Part shown: piece after piece, positions 8,658-20,466 of the stretch
How positions within the stretch are numbered: position 1 is the stretch's first letter
How the letters are laid out: every line of letters begins with the position of its first letter
DNA from: Thermoanaerobaculia bacterium
Lineage (GTDB): Bacteria; Acidobacteriota; Thermoanaerobaculia; UBA5066; Gp7-AA6
Length of the DNA stretch: 62,845 bases
Reading direction: 5' to 3'
NCBI GenBank assembly: GCA_035500755.1
Contig: DATJXB010000045.1
Span: 1-62,845, forward strand
Program-made: the position numbers and the translations under genes
The notes under the pieces: model-generated
What the model was told of the DNA's origin: nothing
The model's input: only the letters and a program-made list of their open reading frames with translations
Databases searched by the model: none

Positions 8658-9868
8658 TCAGTACGGTTCGGCGACGGCCTCCGGGGACGGCTCGCTCATG
8701 TTGCCGGCATGGTCGATCGCCCGGACGACGTACCGGTAGCGCCGGCCTTGCGCCACGGCGTCGTCCGTGTAGAACGGGTCGGTCACGGGCGCCGGCGTCA
8801 GGCGCGCCAGGGGACCGTTGCCCTCGGCGCGAAACACGAGGTAGCCGGCGAGGTCGCCGGCATCGACCGGCGTCCAGACCACGCGCACGCGCGTTCCCTC
8901 CGACAGGGCGTCGAGCCGCGTTGGCGCCGGCGGCGGATAGACGTCGCGGTAGAGGACCGGCAGCTCCTCGGACGGGAGTCCTTCGACTTTCGGGTTCTTC
9001 GCCAGCACCGCGCGCACCGTGTAGACGAGCGGCGCGCCGTAGGGCGCCCCGAAGTCGACGTAAGAGAGGCCGGCGACCGGCTGCGGATTCAGCGGCGCCT
9101 GGTACTCGTCCTGCGGCAGGATGCGCCGGTAGATCTCGTAGCCGCCGACGTCGACGAGGCGTCCGAGCACGTCCGTCTGCGGCGGGCTCCAGTCGAGGCA
9201 GATGCGCCCTTCGTAGGGAAACGCCTCGAGATCCGTCGGCGCGTCGGGAGCGACGTCCGGCGTGAGCGTGACGATGTTCGACAGCGGGCTCGTCTCCCCG
9301 CCGCGGCGCACCGAGACGACCGCGTAGGCGAGCGGCGTCGGCTTCCCCTCCTTCGCGATCAGGGGCGACAGCGGATCCCGGTAGACGACCGAGGCGCCGC
9401 GCGTCAGCTCGGAAATCGCCGACAGCGACAGCACCGCCACCTTGCGCGCCGCGCCGTAGAAGGCTTCCTCCGCCACGCGCACGTTCGTCGCCGCCCGGCG
9501 CTCGGCCGCGCCCGGAAGCGCCGCGACGGAGGTGCTCGACTGCCCCGAGACGCCCGACGGCGCCGCTCCGCCCGCGGTCGAGGGCCGGGGCGAGGTGATC
9601 GCCGGCGGCGGATTCGAGAGCCGGAAGACCTCGATCTCGAAGAGATCCGTCAGCGGCGCGCCGTTGATGAGCCGGTCCGGGAACGCGAACGTCAGGACGG
9701 CGTCGTCGCCCTCCTGCTCCACCGTCAGGTTCTTGATCGCGTTCGGCCCGCGCGGCAGCGGCGGCTGCGGATCGCCCTTCTTGCCGCAGGCGACGGTGAG
9801 GAGCGCGGCGGCGGCGAGCGCGGCGAAAAGCAACCCTGCCTCCCGCCTCCTGACTCCCGCCTCCCGGC

Positions 9869-9872
<4 letters not shown>
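8658..9872 (-). CDS. Lipoprotein with fibronectin-type-III-like beta-sandwich repeats (function unknown)
   Basis: 404 aa with a lipobox-like signal, LLTVAC|GKK. GTG start at 9872 overlaps the hslU stop (GTGA). Repeated WxP..D....GY.(V/I)(F/Y)R blocks are typical of FN3 modules. Confidence 0.7.
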
Positions 9873-11227
<1,355 letters not shown>

Positions 11228-11228
11228 C

Positions 11229-11765
11229 TCACACCTCTTCGAGCGTGACGTGGTCGTTGGTGTAGATGTCGATCTGGGCGGCGATCAGCAGGGCTTCCTT
11301 CGCGATCTGCGAGGCCGACATGTCGGACCGGTGCTTCAACAGCGCGCGCGCGGCCGCGAGCGCGTAGGCGCCGCCCGAGCCGATCGCGAGCACGCCCTCC
11401 TCCGGCGAGATCAGGTCGCCCGTCCCCGAGATCAGGAGCGAGGTCGACTTGTCCGCGACGATGAGCAGCGCCTCGAGCTGCCGCAGCATCTTGTCGGTCC
11501 GCCAGTCCTTGGCGAGCTCGATCGCGGAGCGCTCGAGGTTGCCGCGGTGCTCCTCGAGCTTCATCTCGAAGCGCGAGAACAGGGCGAACGCGTCGGCCGA
11601 CGAGCCCGCGAACCCCGCGAGCACGTCGCCCCCCTTCAACCGGCGGATCTTCGCCGCCGTCTGCTTCATGACGGTCGTGCCGAGCGTGACCTGCCCGTCC
11701 GACGCCATCGCGACCTTGCCCTGGTGCCGGACGCACAGGACGGTCGTGGCATGCCACTTTTCCAT
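11229..11765 (-). CDS. hslV: ATP-dependent protease proteolytic subunit HslV
   Basis: C-terminal 178 aa of track ORF 11229-12953, starting [18 protein letters not shown] at ATG 11765 with N-terminal Thr nucleophile context. The start overlaps the stop of the S41 gene by 1 nt (TGATG). Confidence 0.95.
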   Translation of the reverse strand: MEKWHATTVLCVRHQGKVAMASDGQVTLGTTVMKQTAAKIRRLKGGDVLAGFAGSSADAFALFSRFEMKLEEHRGNLERSAIELAKDWRTDKMLRQLEALLIVADKSTSLLISGTGDLISPEEGVLAIGSGGAYALAAARALLKHRSDMSASQIAKEALLIAAQIDIYTNDHVTLEEV

Positions 11766-12985
11766 CAGCGTGAGGATACCGCAGGGCTCGCGAGCGCCCG
11801 GATCGCGGCCTCGATCACGGCGTCTTCCCTTCCCGCCGCTTCGGGCGGGCGATCGGCCGCGGCGACGTCCGGCGTCACGCCCGCACCCTCGTAGCTCTTG
11901 CCGTCGAGGCCCTCGATCGCCCGCGCGGTGTACCAGAGCGTCGAACCGTCGGAGAGCCGCTCGGCCGCGGCGCCGCCCGACATCATCCCCGCCGTCGTCT
12001 CGCCGACGATCGGTCCGATCTTGTGCGCGCGGAACTTCAACGCGAGCGCCTCGCCGGCCGACGTCGTGCCCGAGTCGACCAGCAGCGCGACCGGCAGCTT
12101 CGCGTACACCGGCGGCTCGAGCCGCTTTCCCTCGCGCGTGACTGTGTAGAAGTCGCCCGAGCTCCATTGCCCCTGCAGGAACGTCGAGAGAATGTTCGGG
12201 TCGTAGCCGCCGCTGTTGGCGCGGACGTCGAGGAGAAACCCGTCGATCTCGCCCCAACCCTCGAGCCCCGGCCGCGCCCGCGCCGTCAGACGCCGGTCGA
12301 GCAGGAGGTCGACCACCGCGAGCGCCGTCTCCGCGCTCATCCCCCACAGGTGCGCGTAGCCATAGGACTTGCCGTCCTTCCGGATCACGCGCGCGCTCTT
12401 CCCGACGAGCGCGTCGCCCGGATCCTCGGCGATCCGCGCGAGACGGTCGGTCCGCGGTGGCTGTCCCGGGCGCTGCCAGACCACCTGCGAGAAGGTTCCC
12501 GGCGCTCCCTCGGAGACGAACACGAGGTCGCGGAAGTTGACGCGATCGCGCCCGTATTTCACGCCGTCGATCTCGAGGACGCGGTCGCCGAGCTTCATGC
12601 CGGCGCGCTCGGCGGAGCTGCCCGGCAGCACGCCCTTGACGGCGTAGCCATCGCCGTCCTGGCCGAGGCGAAGCCCGGTCGTGCCCCAGCCGCGCTCGGG
12701 CAGCCGTCCCGGCGGAACGCGAAAGGTGTGCGAGTCCGAGAGTGTGGCGAGCAAACGGTCGTAGACGGCGTCGCGCGCTGCCCCGTTGGAGGCCGACGCG
12801 AGCTCGGCCGAAGCCCGCGCGACCGCGGCGCTCCAGTCGACACCCTTCAGCTTCGCGTCGTAGAAGCCTTCCCGGACGATCCGGTCGATCTGGACGAGCA
12901 CGGCGTCGGGCGCGGGCGTCGGGGCCGGCGCGGGAGACGCCAGCGCGACCCACCCGGAGACCAGGAACCAGAAACCCGAAACCAT
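11765..12985 (-). CDS. S41-family C-terminal processing peptidase with PDZ domain
   Basis: 406 aa with an N-terminal hydrophobic signal. PDZ block [30 protein letters not shown]41 motifs DVRANSGGY and [13 protein letters not shown]. Confidence 0.85.
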   Translation of the reverse strand: MVSGFWFLVSGWVALASPAPAPTPAPDAVLVQIDRIVREGFYDAKLKGVDWSAAVARASAELASASNGAARDAVYDRLLATLSDSHTFRVPPGRLPERGWGTTGLRLGQDGDGYAVKGVLPGSSAERAGMKLGDRVLEIDGVKYGRDRVNFRDLVFVSEGAPGTFSQVVWQRPGQPPRTDRLARIAEDPGDALVGKSARVIRKDGKSYGYAHLWGMSAETALAVVDLLLDRRLTARARPGLEGWGEIDGFLLDVRANSGGYDPNILSTFLQGQWSSGDFYTVTREGKRLEPPVYAKLPVALLVDSGTTSAGEALALKFRAHKIGPIVGETTAGMMSGGAAAERLSDGSTLWYTARAIEGLDGKSYEGAGVTPDVAAADRPPEAAGREDAVIEAAIRALASPAVSSR

Positions 12986-12986
12986 G

Positions 12987-13928
12987 TCAGGCCTTCGGAT
13001 GCGCGCTGCGGTAGACCTCGCGCAGGCGGGCCGCGTCGAGGTGCGTGTACTTCTGGGTCGTCGACAGCGACGCGTGGCCGAGGAGCTCCTGGATCGCGCG
13101 CAGATCGGCGCCGGCCTGAAGCAGATGCGTGGCGAAGGTGTGCCGCAGGGCGTGCGGCGAGATCTCCGCCGGAAGGCCCGCGGCGCGCAGGCGCGTCTTC
13201 AAGAGGCGCGCCATCGAGCGCGGGGTGAGCCGTCCGCCGCGGGCGTTGACGAAGACGGGTTCGCCCGCGCCGTCGGCCTCCCCGGCTTCGGCCGCGCGGT
13301 GACGGAGCGCGGCGCGCGACGGGAGGTACGCCGAGAGGGCGTCGCCGGCCGCCTCGCCGAACGGCACGATTCGCTCGCGGCTGCCTTTGCCCGTCACGCG
13401 AACGAGGCGCGCTTCGAAATCCACGTCCTCGAGGTCGAGCCCGGCCGCCTCCGAGACGCGCAGGCCCGTGGCGTAGAGGAGCTCGAACAGGGCGCGCTCG
13501 CGCTCCGGCACGAAGCTCTCCGCGGGCTCCGCCGCGAGCAGCCGCTCGGTGTCGGGCAGCGTCATCGCGCGCGGCAGCGTCTTCGGCACGCGCGGCGCGG
13601 GCAGACCCCGCGCGGGGCTCGTCGCGAGATGTCCTTCGCGGCAGGCCCAGCGGAAGAACGAACGCAGCGTCGACAGGTGGCGCGCCAGGGACCGGTTCGA
13701 GAGCTTCGCGCGGTGGAGCGCAGCGAGGTACGAGCGCACCGCCAGCGTGTCGAGCTTCGAGAGCGGCGTCTTGCCGGCGCTCTCGTGGGCGAACTCCCTT
13801 TCCCAGAAGTCCGCGAAGCGGTCGAGGTCCGAGCGGTAGGCGAGCACGGTCCGCGGGGAAAAGCGCCGCTCGTCGGCCACGTAGCGCTCGAAGCCGTCGA
13901 TGGCTCGGGAGAGCGAGATCACGCCCAA
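12987..13928 (-). CDS. xerC: Tyrosine recombinase XerC/XerD family (chromosome dimer resolution)
   Basis: 313 aa. SPRTVLAYRSDLDRF core-binding domain plus catalytic HALRHTFATHLL and LGHASLSTTQKYTH. Lies directly upstream of hslVU, as codV/xerC does in Bacillus. TTG start. Confidence 0.9.
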   Translation of the reverse strand: MGVISLSRAIDGFERYVADERRFSPRTVLAYRSDLDRFADFWEREFAHESAGKTPLSKLDTLAVRSYLAALHRAKLSNRSLARHLSTLRSFFRWACREGHLATSPARGLPAPRVPKTLPRAMTLPDTERLLAAEPAESFVPERERALFELLYATGLRVSEAAGLDLEDVDFEARLVRVTGKGSRERIVPFGEAAGDALSAYLPSRAALRHRAAEAGEADGAGEPVFVNARGGRLTPRSMARLLKTRLRAAGLPAEISPHALRHTFATHLLQAGADLRAIQELLGHASLSTTQKYTHLDAARLREVYRSAHPKA

Positions 13929-13974
13929 ACAGTGTAGCTCCCTCCGAAGGGCCGGTCCCCGTTAAGATCGACGC

Positions 13975-15246
<1,272 letters not shown>

Positions 15247-15268
15247 GGGCGCCGCGAGCGCCTCGCGC

Positions 15269-16945
15269 ATGGCGAACACGGCCCCAAACGGCACGACTCC
15301 CCCGACGCGGCGCGCGCCGGACACGGGGCTCGTCTTCTCGGTCGCGGTCGGCGCGCTCCTGCGCCTGTTCGTGGCCGTGCGGCACCCGATCGACTACAAC
15401 GGCTACTGGCACGTTTTCATCGCGCGGAATCTCGCGCGCGAATACGGCAGCCTGGCCCACCCTCCCCTCTTTCTCCTGCTGCTCCGGCTCGCGGACGCGT
15501 TCGGTCACTCTCGCCTGGCGTACCGGGCGATCCCGGTCCTCGCGGGAATCGGCGCGGTCGCGCTCGTTCATCGGATCCTGCGGCGCCTCGGCGCCGCGGA
15601 AAGCGCCGCGACCCTGGGAAGCCTCGCGATGGCCGTCTCGGTCTCTCCGATCCTGCTGTCGGCCGAAGTCCAGTCGTACTCCCTCGCCGTGTTCTTCATC
15701 CTCGGGTCCTTCCTCGACTACGGCGACCTGGTGGACGCGGACCCGGAGCGCATTCCGCGCCGCAGCCGCATCGCCTTTTCGACACTCGTCTGCCTCGCGC
15801 TCGCGACCGAGTACTTCGCCGGTCTCTATCTCGCGGCGGCCGTCCTGGCGCCCTGGCTCGTCGCGTGCCTCCGCCCCGCGTACGGACGCCGGCTGCTTCG
15901 TTCCTTGCCGAAGCGCGCGATCGCCGATCTGTTGACGCTCGCACCGCCGGCCGCCGTCAGCGCCGGTCTCTACGTGTGGGTCGCGCGGCCGTGGATCCGC
16001 CCGCTGAACCACCTGCCCGAGTTCTACTTCGCGCCAGGTGCCGAAACCGCGGCCCGGTTCCTGACGCGCAACCTCTGGAACCTGTTCAACCTGTTCTCGC
16101 CGTTCGAGCTCTGGAGCCCGAGGCGCGCCGCGGCCATCGTTCTCGCGTTCGTCGCCGCCGCGCTCGTCGCGACGGCGACCGAAAAGCCGCGCGACGGCCG
16201 GGCGGATCGCGTCATGCCCGCGGCGATTCTGGCGATCCTGCTCGCGGGCGGCATGGTCCTGGGCCTCTCCGGCAAGTACCCGTTCGGCGGGGTCCTGCGG
16301 CAGCAGTTCCTGTTCTTCGTCTTCGCCCTGCTCTCGGTCTTTCTCGCCCTCGACCGGATCCTCCGCGGCACGAAGAGCGCTCCCCTCCGCCGCTCGATCG
16401 CCGGCGCGGCGCTTCTGGCGATCGCGGCTTCCTTCGCCGCCCACCTCGAAGACCTCCGGCCGCCGGGATCCGACGCGTTCGGGATCCAGAGCCGGACGTT
16501 TCATCGCGAGTTCCCGGATGCGCGTCTCGTGCAGGTCGACCAGTTGAACCTGATCGGCTTCTTCATGGCGCACCACGACTGGGACTGGCGTTTCGCCGGC
16601 CGCGACCCGGCCCGCCCGGCCGTCGAGCGCTATGCGCTCACGTCGGGAGACCGTTCGCTGACGCTCGTCGCGCACCGCGACCGCTGGAACTTCGATTTCG
16701 ACGACCCGGCCACGCTGGCCGCTCTGAACTCGGCGCTCCGACCTGGCGACCCGGACTGCTTCGCCGTCTTCTGCGTCCACACCAACCTGTACAAACCGCC
16801 CGAACGGCGGCTTCCGGACCTCGATGCCGGGCGCGTCGCGAGCGACCTCGCGGCCGGCGCGCGGGCGAATGGCGAGACGGTTCGCAAGCTCGTGTTCCGC
16901 GGCAACGACGTCTACGTCGAGGTCTGCCGGGCCTCGGTCCGGTGA
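15269..16945 (+). CDS. GT-C membrane glycosyltransferase, family 39/83-like (PMT/ArnT-like)
   Basis: 558 aa with multiple TM helices. The N-terminal loop RLFVAVRHPIDYNGYWHVFIARNL...HPPLF resembles the first periplasmic loop of PMT_2/ArnT-type enzymes. C-terminal soluble domain present. Confidence 0.7.
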   Translation: MANTAPNGTTPPTRRAPDTGLVFSVAVGALLRLFVAVRHPIDYNGYWHVFIARNLAREYGSLAHPPLFLLLLRLADAFGHSRLAYRAIPVLAGIGAVALVHRILRRLGAAESAATLGSLAMAVSVSPILLSAEVQSYSLAVFFILGSFLDYGDLVDADPERIPRRSRIAFSTLVCLALATEYFAGLYLAAAVLAPWLVACLRPAYGRRLLRSLPKRAIADLLTLAPPAAVSAGLYVWVARPWIRPLNHLPEFYFAPGAETAARFLTRNLWNLFNLFSPFELWSPRRAAAIVLAFVAAALVATATEKPRDGRADRVMPAAILAILLAGGMVLGLSGKYPFGGVLRQQFLFFVFALLSVFLALDRILRGTKSAPLRRSIAGAALLAIAASFAAHLEDLRPPGSDAFGIQSRTFHREFPDARLVQVDQLNLIGFFMAHHDWDWRFAGRDPARPAVERYALTSGDRSLTLVAHRDRWNFDFDDPATLAALNSALRPGDPDCFAVFCVHTNLYKPPERRLPDLDAGRVASDLAAGARANGETVRKLVFRGNDVYVEVCRASVR

Positions 16946-17661
16946 GCGTCGGCGCGCCGCTCGGCCGCGCGCTGCCCCGCGAGCGTCTCCCCCGGCCGCA
17001 GCGGCGCCCGGCAGACGACACGGTCGAGGAACGCGAACCGCACGCCCAGCCGGTCCATCCGGCCCCAGAGGTGCGCGTCGGCGCCGACCGATTCCTTCCA
17101 CGCCTCGAGGTCGTAGCGCAGGAATCGCAGATAGGAACGGTAGAGGACCGACGAGTGCATGACGTGGCCGGGCGTGGGCGGCAGGGCGCCGATCCGGAGC
17201 CACTCGGCCGGCGAGCGCTGGAAGTCGCCCGCGCCGAAGACGAACTCCGCGCGGCTCTCCCGCGCAAAGGCGAGCAGCCGCTCCAGGTGATCCTCGAGGA
17301 GCACGTCGTCGTCGTCGAGGTAGCCGAGCCACCGGCCACGGGCGAGCTCGAGCGCGCGGTTGGCCGGCGTCGAGCCCGCGACCATCCAGCGGCGTAGGGG
17401 ATCCTCCGGGTAGACGCCGCGCTGCGGCAGGTTCTCGAAGCGGATCCTCGGATCCTGGAGCGCCGCGATGCGCGCGGCCGTGTCGTCGGTGCAGGCGTCG
17501 CCGACGACCACCGCCTCCCAGCGCGTGTACGTCTGACGGATCAGGGACGGCAACGTCCGCGTCGTCAGGAGGTCGGCGCGGTTGTAGGTGGGCGTCACGA
17601 CGCTCACGAGCGGCCGCGTGGTCTCGGGCGTCAGCGCCCACCGAAGGCGCCCGAGGGTCAA
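16912..17661 (-). CDS. Family 2 glycosyltransferase
   Basis: VSVVTPTYNRADLL, VVVGDACTDDT and YLDDDDVLLEDHL (DxD) motifs. The track ORF extends to 17829 but that part overlaps the DegT gene. I place the start at TTG 17661, just after the DegT stop (17683-17681); the start is uncertain. Confidence 0.75.
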   Translation of the reverse strand: MTLGRLRWALTPETTRPLVSVVTPTYNRADLLTTRTLPSLIRQTYTRWEAVVVGDACTDDTAARIAALQDPRIRFENLPQRGVYPEDPLRRWMVAGSTPANRALELARGRWLGYLDDDDVLLEDHLERLLAFARESRAEFVFGAGDFQRSPAEWLRIGALPPTPGHVMHSSVLYRSYLRFLRYDLEAWKESVGADAHLWGRMDRLGVRFAFLDRVVCRAPLRPGETLAGQRAAERRADAHRTEARQTST

Positions 17662-17680
17662 ACGCCGGCGTTGCTCCCGC

Positions 17681-18784
17681 TCAGACGCAGCCGTAGAACC
17701 TCGCGATCGACTGGCCGACGCGCTCGATGTCGGCGTCGCCGAGGTCGTTGAACATCGGAAGACAGAGGACGGCGTCGGCGACCGCCTCGGTGTCGCCGAG
17801 GTCGTCCGCGGAAGTCCGGTACGGCGCAAAGAGCGGCATCCGGTGGAGCGGACGGAAGTAGGTCTTGGTCTGGATGCCCTCGGCCTTCAGGCGCTCGGCG
17901 AGGAGGTCGCGATCGCGCGGGCACAGGATCGCGAAATCCTTGTAGGTCGCCCGGCAGTCCGGGAGGTGCTCCTGGAACCGCACGCCGGGAACGCCGCCGA
18001 GGGCCTCCCGATACCGCTGTGCCTTCCGCCCGCGCGCCGCGACGACCTCCTCGATGGGATCGACGCTCAGGCACGCGAGCGCGGCGTGGATCTCCGAGAT
18101 CTTGCCGTTCAAGCCGAGGACCCGCGAGACGTAGTCGTTCTGAAAACCGTAAGCGCGGCGGAATTCGATGCGCGTCGCCAGGTCCTCGTTCGCACAGGCC
18201 ACGAGCCCGCCCTCGGCCGAGGTGACCTGCTTGGTGCCGCTGAAGCTGAACACCTGGTACGCGCCGAGACCGGCGTCGCCGATCCGGACCCCGCGGTACG
18301 TCGCGCCGTAGGCGTGCGCGGCGTCCACGACGACCGGGACGTTGCTCGCGCGCGCGAGCGCGAGGACCCGCCCGACGTCGCACGCGCTGCCGAAGATGTG
18401 CGTGACGACGATCGCCCGCGTCGCGGGCGACAGGCGCCGCTCGAGATCCGCGACGTCGACGTTGAACGTGCGCCGGTCGACGTCGACGAAGACGGGCCGC
18501 AGGCGGTTCCAGAGAACGGCGTTGGCCGTCGAGTTGAAAGTGAACGAGGGCACGAGGCACTCGGCGCCCTCCGGAAGCTCGAGGGCCGCGAGCGACAGGA
18601 CGAGGCCGAGGTCGCAGTTGACGAGCGACCGCGTCCACGGATTCGAGAAGTAGCGCTGCGCCTTCTCCTCGAACTGGCGCGCGTACTTGCCGAAGTTCGA
18701 GAGCATCCGGCTCTGCCAGATGTCTTCGAGGAGCCGCTCGAACTCGGCGAGCTCCGGCAGCGAGGGGCGCGTGACGGGAAGCAT
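17681..18784 (-). CDS. DegT/DnrJ/EryC1/StrS-family PLP-dependent sugar aminotransferase
   Basis: C-terminal 367 aa of track ORF 17681-19345, starting MLPVTRPSLPELAEFERLL. PLP-lysine block FSFSGTKQVTSAEGG. Confidence 0.9.
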   Translation of the reverse strand: MLPVTRPSLPELAEFERLLEDIWQSRMLSNFGKYARQFEEKAQRYFSNPWTRSLVNCDLGLVLSLAALELPEGAECLVPSFTFNSTANAVLWNRLRPVFVDVDRRTFNVDVADLERRLSPATRAIVVTHIFGSACDVGRVLALARASNVPVVVDAAHAYGATYRGVRIGDAGLGAYQVFSFSGTKQVTSAEGGLVACANEDLATRIEFRRAYGFQNDYVSRVLGLNGKISEIHAALACLSVDPIEEVVAARGRKAQRYREALGGVPGVRFQEHLPDCRATYKDFAILCPRDRDLLAERLKAEGIQTKTYFRPLHRMPLFAPYRTSADDLGDTEAVADAVLCLPMFNDLGDADIERVGQSIARFYGCV

Positions 18785-18789
18785 CGACG

Positions 18790-19392
18790 TCACCGCCGGG
18801 CGGCCGGAATGTAGTGTCCCCCGCCGTCGTAGAGGTCGTGGCGGAGCTGGCGCTCGAGCTCGAGGATCCGCTCTCGCGGGCGCGCCTTCAGCGGCTTCGC
18901 CGGCACGCCGCCGTAGATCGTCCAGGGCTCGCAGTCCCGGTTGACCAGCGAGAGCGCCCCGACGGCACAGCCCTCGCCCAGCGTCACGCCCGGGAACACG
19001 ACGGCGTTCGCGCCCACGAGGGCGTGACGGCCGATGTGCAGCGAGGAACGCTCCGGCTGGCGGTAAGGCGCCGGCACGCCGGGCCCGACGAGCGACCCGC
19101 CCAGAAAATCGTCGATGCCCGTGTAGATCCGGGCGCCGCTCGACACGCTGACGAAATCCTCGATGACGAGCCGGCCCCGGCCGAGATACGAGGAAAACGA
19201 CGCCAGGTGCACGAAGCTGCCGATCCGCGTCTCGACGCCGCCGACGAGGAAGACGAAGTCGTCGATCACCACGGAATCGCCGATCGAGACGACCTCCGGC
19301 GACACGAGGTGCGCCCTCGGGTAGATCTGAACGTCCTCGCCGCACGCGCGAAGCGGGTAGCGCTTCGGATCGGTGATCGGGTTGGAATCCAC
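18790..19392 (-). CDS. Hexapeptide-repeat (left-handed beta-helix) acetyltransferase
   Basis: About 200 aa from GTG 19392 (VDSNPITDPKRYP...). Imperfect hexapeptide repeats (IGDSVVIDDFVFLVGGVETRIGSFVHL..., IGRHALVGANAVVFPGVTLGEGCAVGA). TATACT-like hexamer just upstream on the minus strand. Confidence 0.8.
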   Translation of the reverse strand: MDSNPITDPKRYPLRACGEDVQIYPRAHLVSPEVVSIGDSVVIDDFVFLVGGVETRIGSFVHLASFSSYLGRGRLVIEDFVSVSSGARIYTGIDDFLGGSLVGPGVPAPYRQPERSSLHIGRHALVGANAVVFPGVTLGEGCAVGALSLVNRDCEPWTIYGGVPAKPLKARPRERILELERQLRHDLYDGGGHYIPAARR

Positions 19393-19433
19393 GCGCGCGG
19401 GCAGTATATCCGCGCCTGCCCGCGCGCCGCCGC

Positions 19434-19781
19434 TTACGGCTTCGCCGGGGCGAACCCGCGCACGTCGTTCTTCACGAGGCTCTCGATCTGCTCCGGCGTC
19501 AGCTTCTTGCCGAAGGGCGGCATGTCGTCCTTGCCCTCCGTGACGCTCTTGACGAGGTCGGCGTTCGACACGCCCGCCTGCCACTCGGCGTCGGTGAAGT
19601 TGCGCGCCTTCAAAAATTTTCCTTTCATCGTCTTCGCCCTGCCGTCCTCCCCGTGGCACTTGGCGCAGTACTCCTTGTACAGCGCCGACGGGTGCTGCGG
19701 CGGTTCGTCGGCGAAGGCCGCCACGCCCCAGGCCGCGACGGCGGCGAAAGCCAGAGCTCCGAGGATGCGCGTCCGAGTCAT
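19434..19781 (-). CDS. Class I c-type cytochrome (monohaem), secreted
   Basis: 115 aa with a signal peptide, haem motif CAKCH and distal Met context (DDMPPFG). The ATG overlaps the SCO stop (ATGA). Confidence 0.85.
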   Translation of the reverse strand: MTRTRILGALAFAAVAAWGVAAFADEPPQHPSALYKEYCAKCHGEDGRAKTMKGKFLKARNFTDAEWQAGVSNADLVKSVTEGKDDMPPFGKKLTPEQIESLVKNDVRGFAPAKP

Positions 19782-20416
19782 CCGTTCCTCGCTTTCTCGA
19801 GATCCTTCAGGATCTGCTCCGGTTCCCAGTCGGACCCGTAGTAGAGGCTCGTCAGGCGGCCCTCGCCGTCGAGAATCGCGACCGCCTGGGAATGCACGAT
19901 CTTTCCGTGGTCGGGATAGTAGAGCACGCCGAAGCTCTCGGCCACGCGGGCGAGCGCCCTGGCATCGCCCGTCAGGAACTTCCAGCGCTCCGGGTCGGCG
20001 CCGATGCGCGCGGCGTAGTCGGCGAGCACCGCGGGCGTGTCGTTCTCGGGGTCGACGGTCACCGCGAGGAGGCGCCCGACCTTTTCCTGCTTCAGCGCCG
20101 CGGCCAGTTTCGCGAACTTGGCCGCGGTCATGGGACAGGCCGTCGCGTCCGGACAGCGCGTGTAGAGAAACGTGATCGCCACCGGTTCGCCGCGCAGCGC
20201 CGACAGGCGGACGGGCCGACCGGCCTGGTCGGTCAGCGTGAAGTCGGGGGCGAGCTCGCCGACGGCGATGCCCTTGTTGGGCCGCGGTCGGTCGCCGGCT
20301 TTCTCGGCCGCGGCGGCTTCGCCCGCCGGCGCCGGCAGGGGCTTTCCGGCAGAGCTCCCGCGGCGGCAGGAAAGCCCGCCGAGGCCGAGGCTCGACACCG
20401 CCAGCGCGATCGCCAC
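19778..20416 (-). CDS. SCO/SenC-family copper chaperone (thioredoxin fold)
   Basis: C-terminal part of track ORF 19778-21424. GTG 20416 gives MAIALAVSSLGLGGLSC... (signal/lipoprotein-like). Contains ITFLYTRCPDATACP and a downstream conserved His (KIVHSQAV). Cys spacing is CX5C, not the canonical CX3C. Confidence 0.8.
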   Translation of the reverse strand: MAIALAVSSLGLGGLSCRRGSSAGKPLPAPAGEAAAAEKAGDRPRPNKGIAVGELAPDFTLTDQAGRPVRLSALRGEPVAITFLYTRCPDATACPMTAAKFAKLAAALKQEKVGRLLAVTVDPENDTPAVLADYAARIGADPERWKFLTGDARALARVAESFGVLYYPDHGKIVHSQAVAILDGEGRLTSLYYGSDWEPEQILKDLEKARNG

Positions 20417-20466
20417 GCGCGTAGAGATATGCGACGCGCCGCCCGAAACCCCGAAGTTTAGGAACC

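Noticed and set aside
8228-9265. ORFs 8228-8590(-) and 8390-9265(+) crossing the dapF-lipoprotein spacer, with peptides such as SPVRGEGWGEGA and LSPHGGEGES.
   Set aside because: They are translations of the REP-like GGGGAGAGGG/CCCTCTCCCC hairpins and of the antisense strand of the lipoprotein gene, not genes.
9836-9847. The 12-mer CCTGCCTCCCGC (and its complement GCGGGAGGCAGG) recurs at 9836, 26073 and 36680. It was considered as a dispersed repeat or sRNA target motif.
   Set aside because: In about 126 kb of two-strand, strongly GC-biased sequence, many 12-mer coincidences are expected. The copies sit in unrelated contexts (a coding N-terminus, a spacer, the pdxS ribosome-binding region rich in GGAGG) and share no flanking similarity.
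12987-13928. A tyrosine recombinase considered as a possible phage or integrative-element integrase marking a mobile island next to the lower-synteny block 13975-21432.
   Set aside because: It has the XerC/XerD-type sequence and length. It sits in the conserved xerC-hslVU context with start-stop coupling. No att-like direct repeats, tRNA, excisionase or phage genes are nearby.
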